DNA of 64,000 bases from Octopus bimaculoides (Eukaryota): the NCBI RefSeq assembly GCF_001194135.2, contig NC_068985.1, positions 37,833,685-37,897,684 of the forward strand. The letters run 5' to 3'. Positions 10,784 to 24,639 of the stretch are shown here, piece after piece. The notes beneath the pieces were generated by a model that did not search any database, had not been told where the DNA came from, and saw nothing but the letters and a program-made list of their open reading frames with translations. Each line of letters opens with the position of its first letter. The stretch's first letter is position 1. The position numbers and the translations under genes were made by a program.

Positions 10784-13697
10784 AGTATTTGTATGCAAAC
10801 ATTTAGATTTCGTCTTAATATACATTCATTATAAAATGATCTAATCCTTGATTTTTATTTCGTATGAATGAAAGCAAACACTACAACACAGCTGTTATTG
10901 CGGTTATCGATTTGTAAAAGTACAAAGTCATCTCGGCTCGGAGAGATAATTTCAGTTACATAATAATGTATTTCCTTTCGAATAAAACTCAATCATTGTC
11001 ACTCACATTTCATTACGAAGGCATCAAATGCGTGTTTAAGTGTAAAATGACAACATTGTGTATAAAGAGAAGAAAATACACGAAAAGGACAAAAATAGAA
11101 GAAAATCTAAACTAAATACAACAGTGGGGGTTGGCATGTTTCGATCAGTTTTGCGTTGTTATTGATTTTGGCTGTAAACCAAGTCAGCGATGATATTTTA
11201 AACGTAAATTATGAAAACATCACAAAACCTTGCTTCTCGTATACGGTAGCTAGTTAATTCACATTTGATGTCTGCATGTATAGCGTAACATTTAACTTTG
11301 AAAAGAACCGGTGTTGCACAAACATGCGTGCATTTGAAAACGCATCATATTTGTTGTGTATACACAAACATACGCACAGACACGAACGCGGTGATATACC
11401 CAAGAATTGAGTAACTGTAAATAGTTAACTGTGTGCACGTATTTCTCTTATTCTATTTTCATCTGAATTTTCTTTTTACTACCTTTTCTTTTTGTGATGG
11501 TAGTGCAGCATTGTAGCATGATCGGCAAAGTCGTCATGATGCAAGCGATATACTCACACACGCGCGCGCGGCGTGAGTCCTGTAAGAAGGGCACTGGATT
11601 GCAAAATTAGTGGAGCACTTGCCGAAGTGGTAATTAATTTAATTAGATCTCTTTTGTGATATGACTTCCTCCTATCTAGGATCCTTTGCAGGCCGATAAA
11701 ATTAGTCGCAATTAAGTATTAGGATCAATGTTTTCATCTCTACCTCCCACCACAAAATGCTTGGACTCCATGCTATGTTAGTAAAATAGAAAGCCGATTA
11801 AAGTTTCTTCGGATTTCTTAATATTCTCAGTTTAAATTCCACTGTTGTCAACTTTGCTGTTCATCTTTATGTAATCGATAAAATAGAACTCGGGCAAATA
11901 AGTATACTGGAGACGATTTTATTGTCTAGCACCCTCCTATAGGAAATGCGTCTTTGTGTCAGTAGAAGAAATGACCATTGCTTTAGTTAGTATCAGGAAG
12001 TAAAGCAGTACAGTTGTGAAACAAATGCTTTCGGTATTCTACAGGAAGGTCTATTATGTTGCAAGTTCAATGACATGATGTTATCTGCTTAACTGTGTGA
12101 GTGTATATTATTTCAATATTTGGGCACAATGAAGGCTTTTTAATTTTTTTTTGTGCAGTCATCGTTAGCTGTTTCTACTATACTTTAATCGCATATTTTC
12201 TTTACGTCTGGCTGCTATGGATTTCTGTGAAGAACAGTTAACCAACCTGTATTCTAGCTAGTTCTGTATTAAAAATCAGACTGAGTTATATAGTGTATTC
12301 AGTGATTTTTAAAGGCGCCGTAGTGAAATTTGGGAGAGATTTTTAATGCGTATACAAATCCTTATATGCATATACAAGTCCTTATACTGGCACTTTAACA
12401 CTGTCACAGATTTAAAAATACATTTTAGAAAGGCATTTTTTAAAAGCACATTAATCATTTAAATGGATAATTAGAAAACATGGTCAGCATTATGAGTAAA
12501 TAAGTAAATATACATTTTGCTTTTGTGCAACGTATTATGAATTTTGTTTTCATAATATGATGCTTAAAGATAAATGAGATGGTAATAAAATGTAATTTAC
12601 GGCCAGTAAAAATTTTGCTGTTGTATCACACAGCTGGCTGGTCAATATACCCTGTGCCAATAAAAGTTTCTTTTTCCCATGGCACATATGAGAGGGCACA
12701 TATCTGACTGAGACCTCCCGCTTCTGTCTCCAGTAATCGGTTCGGTGCTTTCCGTTTCTATATTCAAATATGTAGTACTAATGTTACAGTAGTATCAGTT
12801 CTAATGTTACATTAGTAACAGAAACGTTAAGTGTAGTCGACCTGAAGAAAAATATTTCCTGACTTGAATTTAATCCTATGCTTGCTCATAATCTTTCCGA
12901 TAATGTATATAGAAACCTTAAGATAGGATTAAGCTACAACCAGCCCACGTTAAACATTCTACTACTTCCAACGCTAATCACTACCAGCGGTTTTTTTTTT
13001 AATTTCCTCCGAGCTATACACATGTAACTAGAACCCTTGAATCAGTCTTATGGTAAGGATTATCTTTGGGTTAGGTAGCTGCTTTGCAAATCATCTTGTG
13101 AAGATTACTGGTTGAATCTACGTAACCACAGCATGTAAACCGTGTACTGATAACACTTTTTGCTCCAGTTGCTCGTCGTCTTGTAAAGAAGTGGTCGTAA
13201 TTTTCCTGCTATCAAACGAAATATAAATCTGACGATGTTGATCTTTTTGCATAATTATTTTCTGTTTAGATGTTTTATAATTAATATAAAAGAAAATTCA
13301 TGATATGTTATGTGTAATTTAAAGGAAAAAAATAGTTTCATTAGAAAATTAATGCTGTGTTTTAATTAATAGATTGTTAATTATATATATACTGCAAACA
13401 ATTATTGATATTTACGTATCAGCGATTCTCGCTCACTCAATGATTATGAAATGCTATTTATAATTGCATATGTGAATAGTAGTTTGAACATGAACACGCA
13501 TTGTTTCTCTCTCCTCTGAATCAACAACTATTTGCCTTACAATCTCTCTCCTGAAATTTATTAAGACATTGAAATCTTATGAGAATTACTACTCTTTGCT
13601 GCTGAAGCTGTTACTACTACCACAACTGCATAGACTTGCGACCATAATTTTCATTCAGTTCTTATTTAATTCCATGTATAAAGTTTCTGATTATAAG

Positions 13698-13900
13698 TGG
13701 AGTGGTTCCGGCAGAATCGTTAGTAAGTCGGACAATTGGCAACACTTCGTCTAGCTCTTTACGTTCCAAGTTCAAATCCCGCCGAGTTCAACCTTGCTTT
13801 TTATGTTTTCGGGGTCGATAAAATTTAGCTTGTCAAGTCCTGGAATCAGTATAAAATTCTGAGATCCTCTCCTTCAAATCGCTGGCTCTGTGTTAGTAAG
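13698..13900 (+). mobile_element. Family A SINE, diverged
   Basis: GGCAGAATCGTTAG..GTTCAAATCCCGCCGAG..TTCGGGGTCGATAAAA. Confidence 0.75.
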
Positions 13901-14651
13901 TAGTTATTTCATGTTGTGAACACACATAGTGCAGTCAATAATCTATCACTTGCATATAGCTGTGTGCTCTACCTTTGTATCAAACTAGAAACATGCGAGC
14001 GAGTGATAAAACGTGAATGTGGCCACTGATATTATTAGAAACACCTGGATAATCTCCTGCACATCACAATCAGCAGCCTTAAAAAAAAAAAGACCTTAAT
14101 TGAATCGTGTAGCCCTGAACAACTAAGACGAGTTTGTTACGACTGAAAGACCTTTGAATATGGGTCTGCTCGATCAGAACCTCACCAGGAGTTAAATATA
14201 TATTTTCATGTACGTGAAAAAGATAGAGGAAGGAGTGCTTCTTTTAGTGCATAGATATATCACGAGTTGGCTTGTATGGTATAGTTGTGAATTCTTGAGC
14301 AGTATTCATATTCCCTTTAGAAACAAGTTTAATTCGATATGAATAGAGCTACGATGAAGCAAAAAAAAAAAAAACGTAGCTCTTGTGTTTGTCAAGAAGA
14401 TGTTTATAACTATTTTTGCAATAATTCGACATGTTAAAAACGTATCGATAATGGTGTATAACACGTTGTTATATTCTTGTTAAAATATGTTCATAAAATA
14501 TCCGAATGCATATGTCGATACATGTTAGTTCATTGAAATTGCATACCACTGTGTCTTTATACACGGTCACACTTTCTTTCCTAAACTATTTATATTTCAT
14601 TTATACCATGCTCATTAAAAGTAAATACCTTTTCTTAAGTATTACGAATAT

Positions 14652-14853
14652 CGGTTTCACATTTTGGTACAAAGCCAGCAAATTTGGGGAGGGGAAAAGT
14701 CGATTACAGTGTTCAACTGGCACGTATTTTATCGATCCTGAAAGGATGAAAAGCAAAGTCAATCTAGGCGACTTTGGACTTAGAACCTAAATTCGAACAG
14801 GATACTGCTAAGCATTTTACTCGGCCTGCAAACGATTCTGCTAACTCGCCGCC
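14652..14853 (-). mobile_element. Family A SINE
   Basis: Ends on + in AACGATTCTGCTAACTCGCCGCC, the reverse of the GGCGGCGAG head. Confidence 0.85.
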
Positions 14854-16394
14854 TTAAATATTATGACTACCGAGAAGTGGTAAAGCAGCGAGTCTCTGAA
14901 AATTCGAGCCTGCAATGCATTTTCTGGTATAAATTGAAACCGTTTTATCCATCTTGCGTTTCTATCCTTGGGACAAGGCATATTTTATCATTTCTAACTC
15001 TTCTAAAATATATGACTATTTCATCTGACAAAAATAAAAACCTAGATGTTACCATCTTTTACTTTTATATTATTTCTGTTTATTTTGTTGTTTTTTTTTC
15101 ATTTTCTTTCCTTTCATTTTTATGCCATCTTTTATGCTCTTTCAATTCCTCTCAACAATTTTCTATTTCGCCTCCATAACTTCTATTCTTCCTTTTGTCA
15201 TTGTTCCACAAATCGCTCTCATCCTTCTCATCACCATTTTATAATAATACATTTTTTCGTTTTTTGATTCACCCTTCACTCTGAATAGTTTTTTTGTTCT
15301 TGTTCCCCCCCCCCTCTCTTCAACTACCGATGCCGTCTCTCCCACAAATTCCCCCCTTTTTGCTTACTTATACCATACCTACCTACTTCTCATGCTACAA
15401 CCAGAAATGCCGCTCCTCTCCACTACACCCTTCACTTTCTCCATTTCCTTTTAATTGTATATCTCTTTTATTCAAGGTAAATTTTTTTACCCATCATGCA
15501 CAGTGACTCGACTTTATTGTCATTCCTTCTTCTCTCCACTCCTGTCATCTCTTCTTAATAAGTCCTCTTCCTTTTGTCCTTTTCTTCTTAACCTTCCCCA
15601 GCACTACCACTACTACCACCACCACCATAATTACCCAAACCTACATTTCAGTTTCTTTCCCCTTCTATTCGTACCGCATCCTCTCTTCAATTGGTCACAA
15701 GGCAGACAGACAGTCACTCGACATAACTGCTCTGAGAGCGGCGCCATGCACTATTGCAAACTATAGGCGACAGCTGCACATCCATCTGCCGAGAGCTACC
15801 AAAAGGTTATCTTCAAATATACAAGAGAATGGGGAAAAGACTTACACTGTGGTGAAGGGTAATGAGGCATTGATAATACATCAATTCTTGTATCGATGCA
15901 TGTAGCACGTGGCATACGTGTACGCGTTATATATGTTTGTATACAGCTATTCATCAGTACTAGCTTGGATGCACGAAACTAATAGATGTATTTTTGTAAA
16001 TCTTAAATTACGACACACATTCAAATGAATACATACGTACATACGTGTATACAGATGATCAAGAAAAATTCGGCAAGACTTAAACTGAAAACGGAGTACA
16101 GAACACAGAAGGATGGTACTAAAACTAATACTTTCAGGCTTTTAACCCTTTAACGATTCTAGATTATAAGACCTCCTTATATATGTCAGTTACTGGATTT
16201 ATTGAGACATTCTAAGCCGGGCTATAATGCATTCTGCCGTAAACTGAAATTATCCGAATTAATCCAACATATATTAGTTGCATTATTTTGATTAAATAAA
16301 ACGAAAACCCAGAGAATATACCACATTCTATTACTGGTACCGACTTCATTAATTCCGCGACAGTGAAAATTCAGCCAGTTTACACATGTCTGCT

Positions 16395-16425
<31 letters not shown>

Positions 16426-17137
16426 NNNNNNNNNNNNNNNNNNNNNNNNNNNNNNNNNNNNNNNNNNNNNNNNNNNNNNNNNNNNNNNNNNNNNNNNNNN
16501 NNNNNNNNNNNNNNNNNNNNNNNNNNNNNNNNNNNNNNNNNNNNNNNNNNNNNNNNNNNNNNNNNNNNNNNNNNNNNNNNNNNNNNNNNNNNNNNNNNNN
16601 NNNNNNNNNNNNNNNNNNNNNNNNNNNNNNNNNNNNNNNNNNNNNNNNNNNNNNNNNNNNNNNNNNNNNNNNNNNNNNNNNNNNNNNNNNNNNNNNNNNN
16701 NNNNNNNNNNNNNNNNNNNNNNNNNNNNNNNNNNNNNNNNNNNNNNNNNNNNNNNNNNNNNNNNNNNNNNNNNNNNNNNNNNNNNNNNNNNNNNNNNNNN
16801 NNNNNNNNNNNNNNNNNNNNNNNNNNNNNNNNNNNNNNNNNNNNNNNNNNNNNNNNNNNNNNNNNNNNNNNNNNNNNNNNNNNNNNNNNNNNNNNNNNNN
16901 NNNNNNNNNNNNNNNNNNNNNNNNNNNNNNNNNNNNNNNNNNNNNNNNNNNNNNNNNNNNNNNNNNNNNNNNNNNNNNNNNNNNNNNNNNNNNNNNNNNN
17001 NNNNNNNNNNNNNNNNNNNNNNNNNNNNNNNNNNNNNNNNNNNNNNNNNNNNNNNNNNNNNNNNNNNNNNNNNNNNNNNNNNNNNNNNNNNNNNNNNNNN
17101 NNNNNNNNNNNNNNNNNNNNNNNNNNNNNNNNNNNNN

Positions 17138-17470
17138 TACGTCAAGATCACCAGTATTCTACCTCCCACACACAGCCCCTCTTTCCCGATCACCGTTTGT
17201 TATCTCCCCCTTTCTTAGCTCTCCTGAAATAAGAATTTCTAACTTCCGGTCAGCCATTGTTATGATCGGCCATTATTATGATTGACCGTTGACTGAACAC
17301 TATTCAATTTTTTTCTCCGTATTTTTCTCCTTGTCTCCGTATTCTTTCTGTTGAAGAGCGTAGCTCGAAACGTCAAAGACTTTCCGTATTCCCGAGCGTC
17401 ATACTAATATATACTTTTGTTATTTACACCACCTGTCCTCGTCTGTTGTTATTATTTGTATATTCTCCCA
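17138..17470 (+). mobile_element. Penelope-like (PLE-related) repeat 3' end carrying a hammerhead-like motif, ending at (TA)n
   Basis: Shares sequence with 45198-45395 and 48711-48767 (..TTTACACCACCTGTCCTCGTCTGTTG..TTCTCCCA(TA)n) and contains CTGTTGAAGAGCGTAGCTCGAAACGTC. The PLE assignment is inferred from the ribozyme motif. Confidence 0.6.
17343..17379 (+). ncRNA. Minimal type I hammerhead-ribozyme-like motif, A6U core variant
   Basis: Stem I TCTTT(17343-47)/AAAGA(17375-79); core CTGTTGA; extra A; stem II GAGC-GTA-GCTC; GAAA; C-GTC cleavage triplet with palindromic ACGT stem III. Confidence 0.55.
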
Positions 17471-18332
17471 TATATATATATATATATAGTCCATTAACAA
17501 CGTACTTGTTATTCGAAATGAACGATGGTGGTTTAAGAAATACTGAATAACGAGAATGTTTCATTTATCCGTGTTCGTTACAAGAGATGTGATCCTAATC
17601 AAGTATACATATTCAATGAGCCCATCCTTCTTAAAGCATGTATCTCTATATAGTTAATTTGACTGATGTGCAGTAGGATGCCGGCGCCATGGCGAATACG
17701 TGTGTGTGTGTGAGTGTTGTATCATGTGTATATACAGTTATGATAAATGCATTGATATATTAATAAATAGATACGTATGATCGTTATTTAGACAGATAAA
17801 GTATTCTGTATAGATTTATTGATAATTACTGTCAATCCTGTTCGTTGTTAGTAATTACCTACCATTCTTCCAGTTATGAGCTTCTTCCGAGAATATCTGA
17901 CAAATCGATTTATTGATAAAAGGAAAATAAATGTAATCGGATTAGGATGGATAATGTAGACATTTCTTCTATTTATTATTTATGTCGTTACCAGCATTAG
18001 TTTCGAATAACAAGCATATTGTGAATGGTTTACTTTACTTCATATAATACATGCATTGGGAGACTAGACATGAGAGAATGGGACAAAATGGGACAAGCTC
18101 TCGGACACAGACGATAATTTCTTCAGTTTAACCTATAAATATATATCCAAACATTGGCTTAACAAGCTAAAATCAACTTGGTAACAGCAGCTTATATATT
18201 GCGCTTCTACTCTTTCATCGGTTTGAGTCATTAAATTTCTGTATACTGAGGTACCGTTTCAATAGTATTAGTCGTTCAAATCCAACTCTGTACTTATTTT
18301 TATGTATTTATTATTAATTAATTAATTAATTA

Positions 18333-18367
<35 letters not shown>

Positions 18368-18549
18368 TATTAAAGTTCGGTATTCTATTGGACTTTTTGC
18401 CGAACTGCTAGCTTACGGCGACATCAATCCATGAATCAACATGGATTGTCAATTCGTGCCACTTAGTCCTGGAGATGCTGCCGTTCAAAAAATTCTTCAG
18501 AATATCAGAAAGTCGGTTTGTGATGATTGTGTTAGAGAATCTTTCGAGG

Positions 18550-18711
18550 GTGGCATTCTAGCAGAATCGTTAGCACGCCGGGCAAAATGCTTAGTTGCAT
18601 TTCGTTCGTCTTTTACGTACTGAGTTCAAATTCCACCGAGGTCGTCTTTGCCTTTCATCCTTTCGGAGTCAATGAAATAAATACAAGTTGAGCAGCACTG
18701 AGGTCAATGTA
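18550..18711 (+). mobile_element. Family A SINE, 3' end interrupted
   Basis: GCAGAATCGTTAGCACGCCGGGCAAAATGCTTAG..GAGTTCAAATTCCACCGAGGTCG; stops at GGTCAATGTAA. Confidence 0.85.
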
Positions 18712-18801
18712 AGTTGGAAGTTTCGATTTGCTCGCCTTCATCAGGCTGATGCGAGCAAGACTACGAAATTACTATCAGACATTTTCTTGAACAAAGATTT
18801 A

Positions 18802-18844
<43 letters not shown>

Positions 18845-19520
18845 CATACACATATATAAGTGCGTGCGCGTACGTGTTTGTATGTGTGTGTGTACGTGTT
18901 TGTATGTGTGTGTATAACGTGTAATTTGTGGATGTTTACTTTGGAAATGTCAGTACGATGGATGCATGCATACATGTACACGTCTCTCTCTCTCTCTCGC
19001 TCACACATTCACTCTCTCTCTCTCACTCACACATTCACTCTCTCTCACACACACACTCACATACACGCACATATACCAACGAAAAGCCCCATACTGTGCG
19101 TGTGCTCGTGTATAAATTTATATACATTCAAGAATTAAAGTTTATGTGCGTGTCTGTGCAAAAATGTATTAGTTATACATTGAATTGGCGACATAAGTAA
19201 ACCAAAGTTGGAAAATATCAGCGGTATGTTTGGTGGACAATGAGGTGGCTGTAATATAAGATACAATTATCCTTTTACAAACTAGACCTTTCACATGTAT
19301 ATTGACAAATCTGTATTGACATTATGACAATGTAAACGTTGTTAGCACGCCCAATTCCTTAATGAAGTGGCGACTGGAGCCAAGGGTGTTACCATCTAGA
19401 GAGAATCAAATCCGAGTTGTAGTTTCCTTTCTTGCCTGCAATGGAGCGACATATTTTATGTATACGTTCGTTAGTGTATCTACATTGCATAAATCATGCA
19501 TGTGTCCTCACATATGTATA

Positions 19521-19988
19521 CGTCGTTCGTCTTTACGTTCTGAGTTCAAATTCCGCCGAGGTCGACTTTAAGAACTGGGGTCGATGTTATCGACTAGCCC
19601 CCTCCGCAAAATTTCAGGCTTTTTGCCTAGGGCAAAAGGATTTTATATATATATATATATATNNNNNNNNNNNNNNNNNNNNNNNNNNNNNNNNNNNNNN
19701 NNNNNNNNNNNNNNNNNNNNNNNNNNNNNNNNNNNNNNNNNNNNNNNNNNNNNNNNNNNNNNNNNNNNNNNNNNNNNTATGTATTGGCAGCGAGCTGGCA
19801 AAATCGATTGCTCGCCAGGCGAAATGCTTCGCGGCATTTCGTCCGTCTTCAAATTACACCAAGGTCGACTTTGCCTTTCATCTTTGCAGGGGGTCAATAA
19901 ATTACGTACCTGTGAAACACCGGGTCAATGTAATCGAATAGTCCGTTCCCCTAAAATTTTTGGCATTGTGCCTTTACTAGAAAAGATT
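19521..19988 (+). mobile_element. Two family A SINE copies (19521-19642 internally deleted; 19786-19988) separated by (TA)n and a gap
   Basis: Both match family A motifs and tails. Confidence 0.8.
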
Positions 19989-20989
19989 ATATATATTTTC
20001 GTATGATGCTTTGGTCTTGCTTTTGGGCCCCGAAGTGGAAAACCTAAGATCAAAAGGCGTTCCAGCCATAAATCGTCCTATAATTTTGTATTTTAAGGAA
20101 AACAATGTCTCGTGTATTTTTCTTATTAAAACTAGCAATTGAGGGAGTTGGCTCCTATTTTTGTAGGTCGAGCATGCGTGTTCAAATCTGAGTGGATCTC
20201 CATGCTAGATCTGTTTCCGCAGATTGATTATGAAGGGCGTTTCAGCTTCGAACAAACTTTCCTCAAGGCTACTTTTGCCAGGTGTAAAGGATTTAAGAGT
20301 AGATGATGCGATTTTTAGGGAGAGTCGACTGGTATTTCTAGCATATCGACTGACTGCATAGAGGCTACCTCGCTGGCTCGTCTGTGTAGACGTAAACAGA
20401 TGCGTGTGAATGGTACTTAATTAATCGTCAGGATTCAATGAAGTCATTTTCAATGTGCGTTCGTGCTAATAATTATACTTTAATCTAAAACTCTTCGGAT
20501 ATATCTTTCTAGACTTCTCTCTTATGTATAAACATTCGTATCAGCAAACAAATGAATTTTATGCAAATGATATATTTTGGAAAGTAACGAGTTCTTGAAT
20601 ATAACGACACACTCACGCGCACACGCATACACACAGTCACAACATATAACTCGGGTGTGGACAGAAGAATCGTAGAGCTTCGATATATATCTATATATAT
20701 ATTTCGTATTTGGATTTGGTTTGCAAGAGTCTTTATGTGAGTTCCTGTGTGGAAGCATATTATGTTGTGTCTGGGGAGAGTCATTCTCTTTTAGTGCCTT
20801 ATAATTTAATACACTCACTGGTAAAATTTCCACTCATTTCCTTCTTTGTTTTTCCGGTGTATGTATATATATGCATACACCTATGTGAATATACACTATT
20901 TGTCGTGTTTTCGCATGCGTACATAGTATGAAATCACAAACGCACACATAGATATCTATACAAACTTGCATATATAAAGGTACATCTTT

Positions 20990-21125
20990 TACTTTTTGCT
21001 TATTTTCATTCATTGAACTTCGGCCATGCTGGGGTACCGCATTGAAGGGTCCAGTCGAATAAATTGATCCCAGTACTTATTCTATCGGCCTTTGTATCCG
21101 AGCTGCTAAGTTACTGAGACGTTTT
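20990..21125 (-). mobile_element. Family B SINE 3' fragment
   Basis: CGGCCATGCTGGGGTACCGC..CCCAGTACTTATTCTATCGG..GCTAAGTTAC. Confidence 0.7.
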
Positions 21126-22083
21126 AACTGAGGAAGGTCTTGCGTACTAGATGCATTTCCTATCAAATATAACGCAGATCTGATACGTACGTTTTAAATA
21201 ATTTCAAAATACCATTATTAAGTTAAACAGTTCAACTTATGTAAGCATTTTATCCGATGCGTTAATCATTCTGACAGCCCGCCGCCTTACTCATAGTCTA
21301 TCAAAAGTTTCATTTCCATGTTAACTCTTTATCATTCAGGATCGAATCTATTATCATCTTTTAACGAACGTCTGTATTCTGTTCCTTATATTTTCGAATG
21401 AAGGGAGACCACCTGAAATTGTTTCGTACTAGACACAAATCTAACTTGAAATTTATAGATGATGAGATGCTTAAAATATTAATCATTGACTTTTCACACA
21501 TTTTGAGAAACGAGAAGAAAAGAAAGGCAATTTAATTGAAGGAATGGAAGTTGTCAAAATCTGCTATATTCTTCTCTAGAGAAATTATGGTTTCCTTTAT
21601 TCGTTATTGTTTGTAATTCTCTGTTCTTTTTCATTCACACACACCACCACCACCACCACCACTACTACTATTATCCTCACACTTTCTTATATTTCATCAT
21701 ATGCAACAGCAATTATTTCAGTTAAACGGGCAACAAGAAGCCAACAAATTGCGACAAAAGTATTTGTTACCAACAACCAGTTTACCCACTCCACCTTCAT
21801 CCTCACCACAACCATCATGACGATCGCTATCACCCACCACCATTATTAAGTTGGAAAGAAGTGAAAGTATATAAAACAATAAGTGCACCGTTGCTGCCCC
21901 CAGAATGCTTTAACAGAAACTAAGTTTCTTTCAAACAATCAGAGAGAGAAATACTTTTATCTATTTTTTGGGACTAACATCGACACAATTGTAAATGTGT
22001 ACAGGTATATAAACAAACATATATAAATTTACGTCTTGGCACATCATTCTTCTACACAAGTATGTCCCCATATCTAATGAAAC

Positions 22084-22130
<47 letters not shown>

Positions 22131-22663
22131 CAACATTTCTTTCAAAATGCCAACTTTTAAAATTGCGTGTGATTTACTTTGAACGGGTTTTCACCCCGAC
22201 TCATTGTTTTCGTAGAAAAGCAATTTCCATCTTAGTATTAGCGTTGACTGAAATAGTTACACAAAGCATGGGAAATACTCTTCACAGAATGTACTATTGC
22301 TCATTGATTAATAAATTTTCCATTGGTGTTTTATTGCGGAATCGGGGGAAAAAAAACAAAACAAAATTATCAATTTTCGATCAGTCTTGAGTTCTTAAAT
22401 TCTTGTTGAGACTTAGTTCCTGATCAATATTAGGGCAAAAAGAAAATAACGAAATACCTCGTACCAAGCAAGGTTAATACTATTCTTAGAAAGTCATCTA
22501 TGGTTGTCTTTTGAGATACTTTATTCCCAAAAGGATACGAATGACCACAGGAAAACTTATTTTTATCGTGGGAATGAAACTAGGACCTTGTGGTTTAGAT
22601 GAATGCCTCTGAACCACTTAGGCAGCCATGTCTACATACACCCTTCCCACCTTATCGTGATAT

Positions 22664-23048
22664 TGTTGTTGTTGGCACTCCGTCGCTTACGACGTCGAGG
22701 GTTCCAGTTGATCCGATCAACGGAACAGCCTGCTCGTGAAATAAACGTGCAGGTGGCTGAGCACTCCACAGACACGTGTAGCCTTAACGTAGTTCTCGGG
22801 GGATATTCAGCGTGACACAGTGTGACAAGGCTGGCCCTTTGAAATACAGGCACAACAGAAACAGGAAGTAAGAGTGAGAGAAAGTTGTGGTGGAAGAGTA
22901 CAGCAGGGTTCGCCACCATCCCCTGCCAGAGCCTCGTGGAGCTTTAGGTGTTTTCGCTCAATAAACACTCACAACGCCCGGTCTGGGAATGGAAACCGCG
23001 ATCCTATGACCGCGTGTCCGCTGCCCTAACCACTGGGCCATTGCGCCT
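22664..23048 (-). mobile_element. Family C tRNA-derived SINE, full length and young, with a 14-bp TSD
   Basis: Head AGGCGCAATGGCCCAGTGGTTAGGGCAGCGG..GGTTTCCATTCCC and (CAA)n tail. The exact direct repeat CCTTATCGTGATAT lies at 22650-22663 and 23049-23062. Confidence 0.93.
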
Positions 23049-24639
23049 CCTTATCGTGATATATACTCCTGATAACTCGTTTCGGCATATAATATGACAG
23101 AAAAGAAGACACGAATGATCAGAGTTAGAATGCCGAGTAAACGATCATGTTTCGTCACAGAAAGTTTAGAATTCAATAGAATACTATATCAAATTAGAAA
23201 CTAAATTTCAACCAAATTACAGGCAATTTCTGAATATATTTTCTAAATTACCAGCATAATTTTCAATTTCGTTTACTTTCTTGCACATTCCGTTTCTTTT
23301 TGAAAATTTTCTGCTTCCTTTTATGAAATTAAACTTGCATTACTGATCATATCATGTATGTATTTACCATCTATTTTATACTCTTATGTAGTTTTACCTG
23401 AACTCTGTTGAATACTTTTTTTTTTTTTTTTTTTTTACAATAAGAACCAAATACAAATCATATACAGAAAAGGAATTGATAAATAAAAACACTTCTGTAA
23501 ATTACATGCTTTTATAAATTTTTATAAATATTTCTTTAAAAGCTCTAAAAATATAACCCATTATTTATGACCTTGGTTAATACTACTCAGTCAAGAATCA
23601 CACATGTTTCCTGGTTCAAACAGTCATTTCTCGTATCACCTATTATTTGGTGTATTCAATGTGACAGCGGAACCTAATTAAAGAAACATTAAGCTACGCA
23701 ATTGTGGAAAAAATGCCTCCATTTGTCTTGCGAGTTAGGCTTCTGTTTCTATTTTATTTCACCATTCTGGAATCAATCTAATTTAAACAGAATTAATAAG
23801 TTTATAAAGACAGCCTACGGTTACAGCAAAATGATTATCTAATATGTATCTATGACAATATAGATGTGTGTGTGTTCTCTGGGTGTGTGTGCTCTCTGGG
23901 TGAGTGAGCAAAGCAGAAATGTATGTTTTCTTGGTGTTTATTTTATTTGAAACAAAACGTTCTAACGTGTTTATTAGTTTGGCGCTGGGACATTTGAATG
24001 ATGCAAGAGGGAATCGGGGCAAGTATCTGTGACATTCTGTGAAGTGGTGGTATATTTATTGGCGCTAATGACTTCAGTTACTGCCCTGAGATTATATAGT
24101 GTGTAGTCCTGGAATTAATTAAGGAATGCCGGATTAATGTCAATTAAGACGAAATGTGTCAGTTATGGTAGCGTACGAAATAACTCCAAATCGTATCCGT
24201 TTTAAAATGTGTGACTTTTAAGTGGCTAAAAGTTCCTTCCTGCTGACTTTAATATAAATTTCAGATGCAGGATCCTGAAGGCATCTAGTTAAGTTCTGAT
24301 GGAGGTTTTGTAGACGGCATAAGTAATACATAACTAATTCATAAAGACAATTATACATTTGAAATTATGAACTTTTTATCATTTCTCTTTTTGTATATCT
24401 TTCCGTATCTATGTTTTGTACATTCGTTTGCCTCTTCCTTTCTCCGTCTCCCTCTTTCTCTCTCCATTACACACGTAGACGTGGGTGTATATTTGTCGGT
24501 TGTCAGAATGTGGAACACGCTTCTGGAAACTGCGGTTTGGACATTCTTAGGAAACGATTGAATGCACAAGCACCTCCTGTGATGTGGCTTCCCATCTATT
24601 TTTACTGTACGGCGTAGGCATATTGCTATATAGGCACAG

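Noticed and set aside
13060-13260. Possible transposase or exon fragment on the minus strand
   Set aside because: All frames are short and I could not match a diagnostic motif.
16142-16160. TTAACCCTTT piggyBac-like end
   Set aside because: No matching opposite end nearby, and the adjacent region is lost in a gap.
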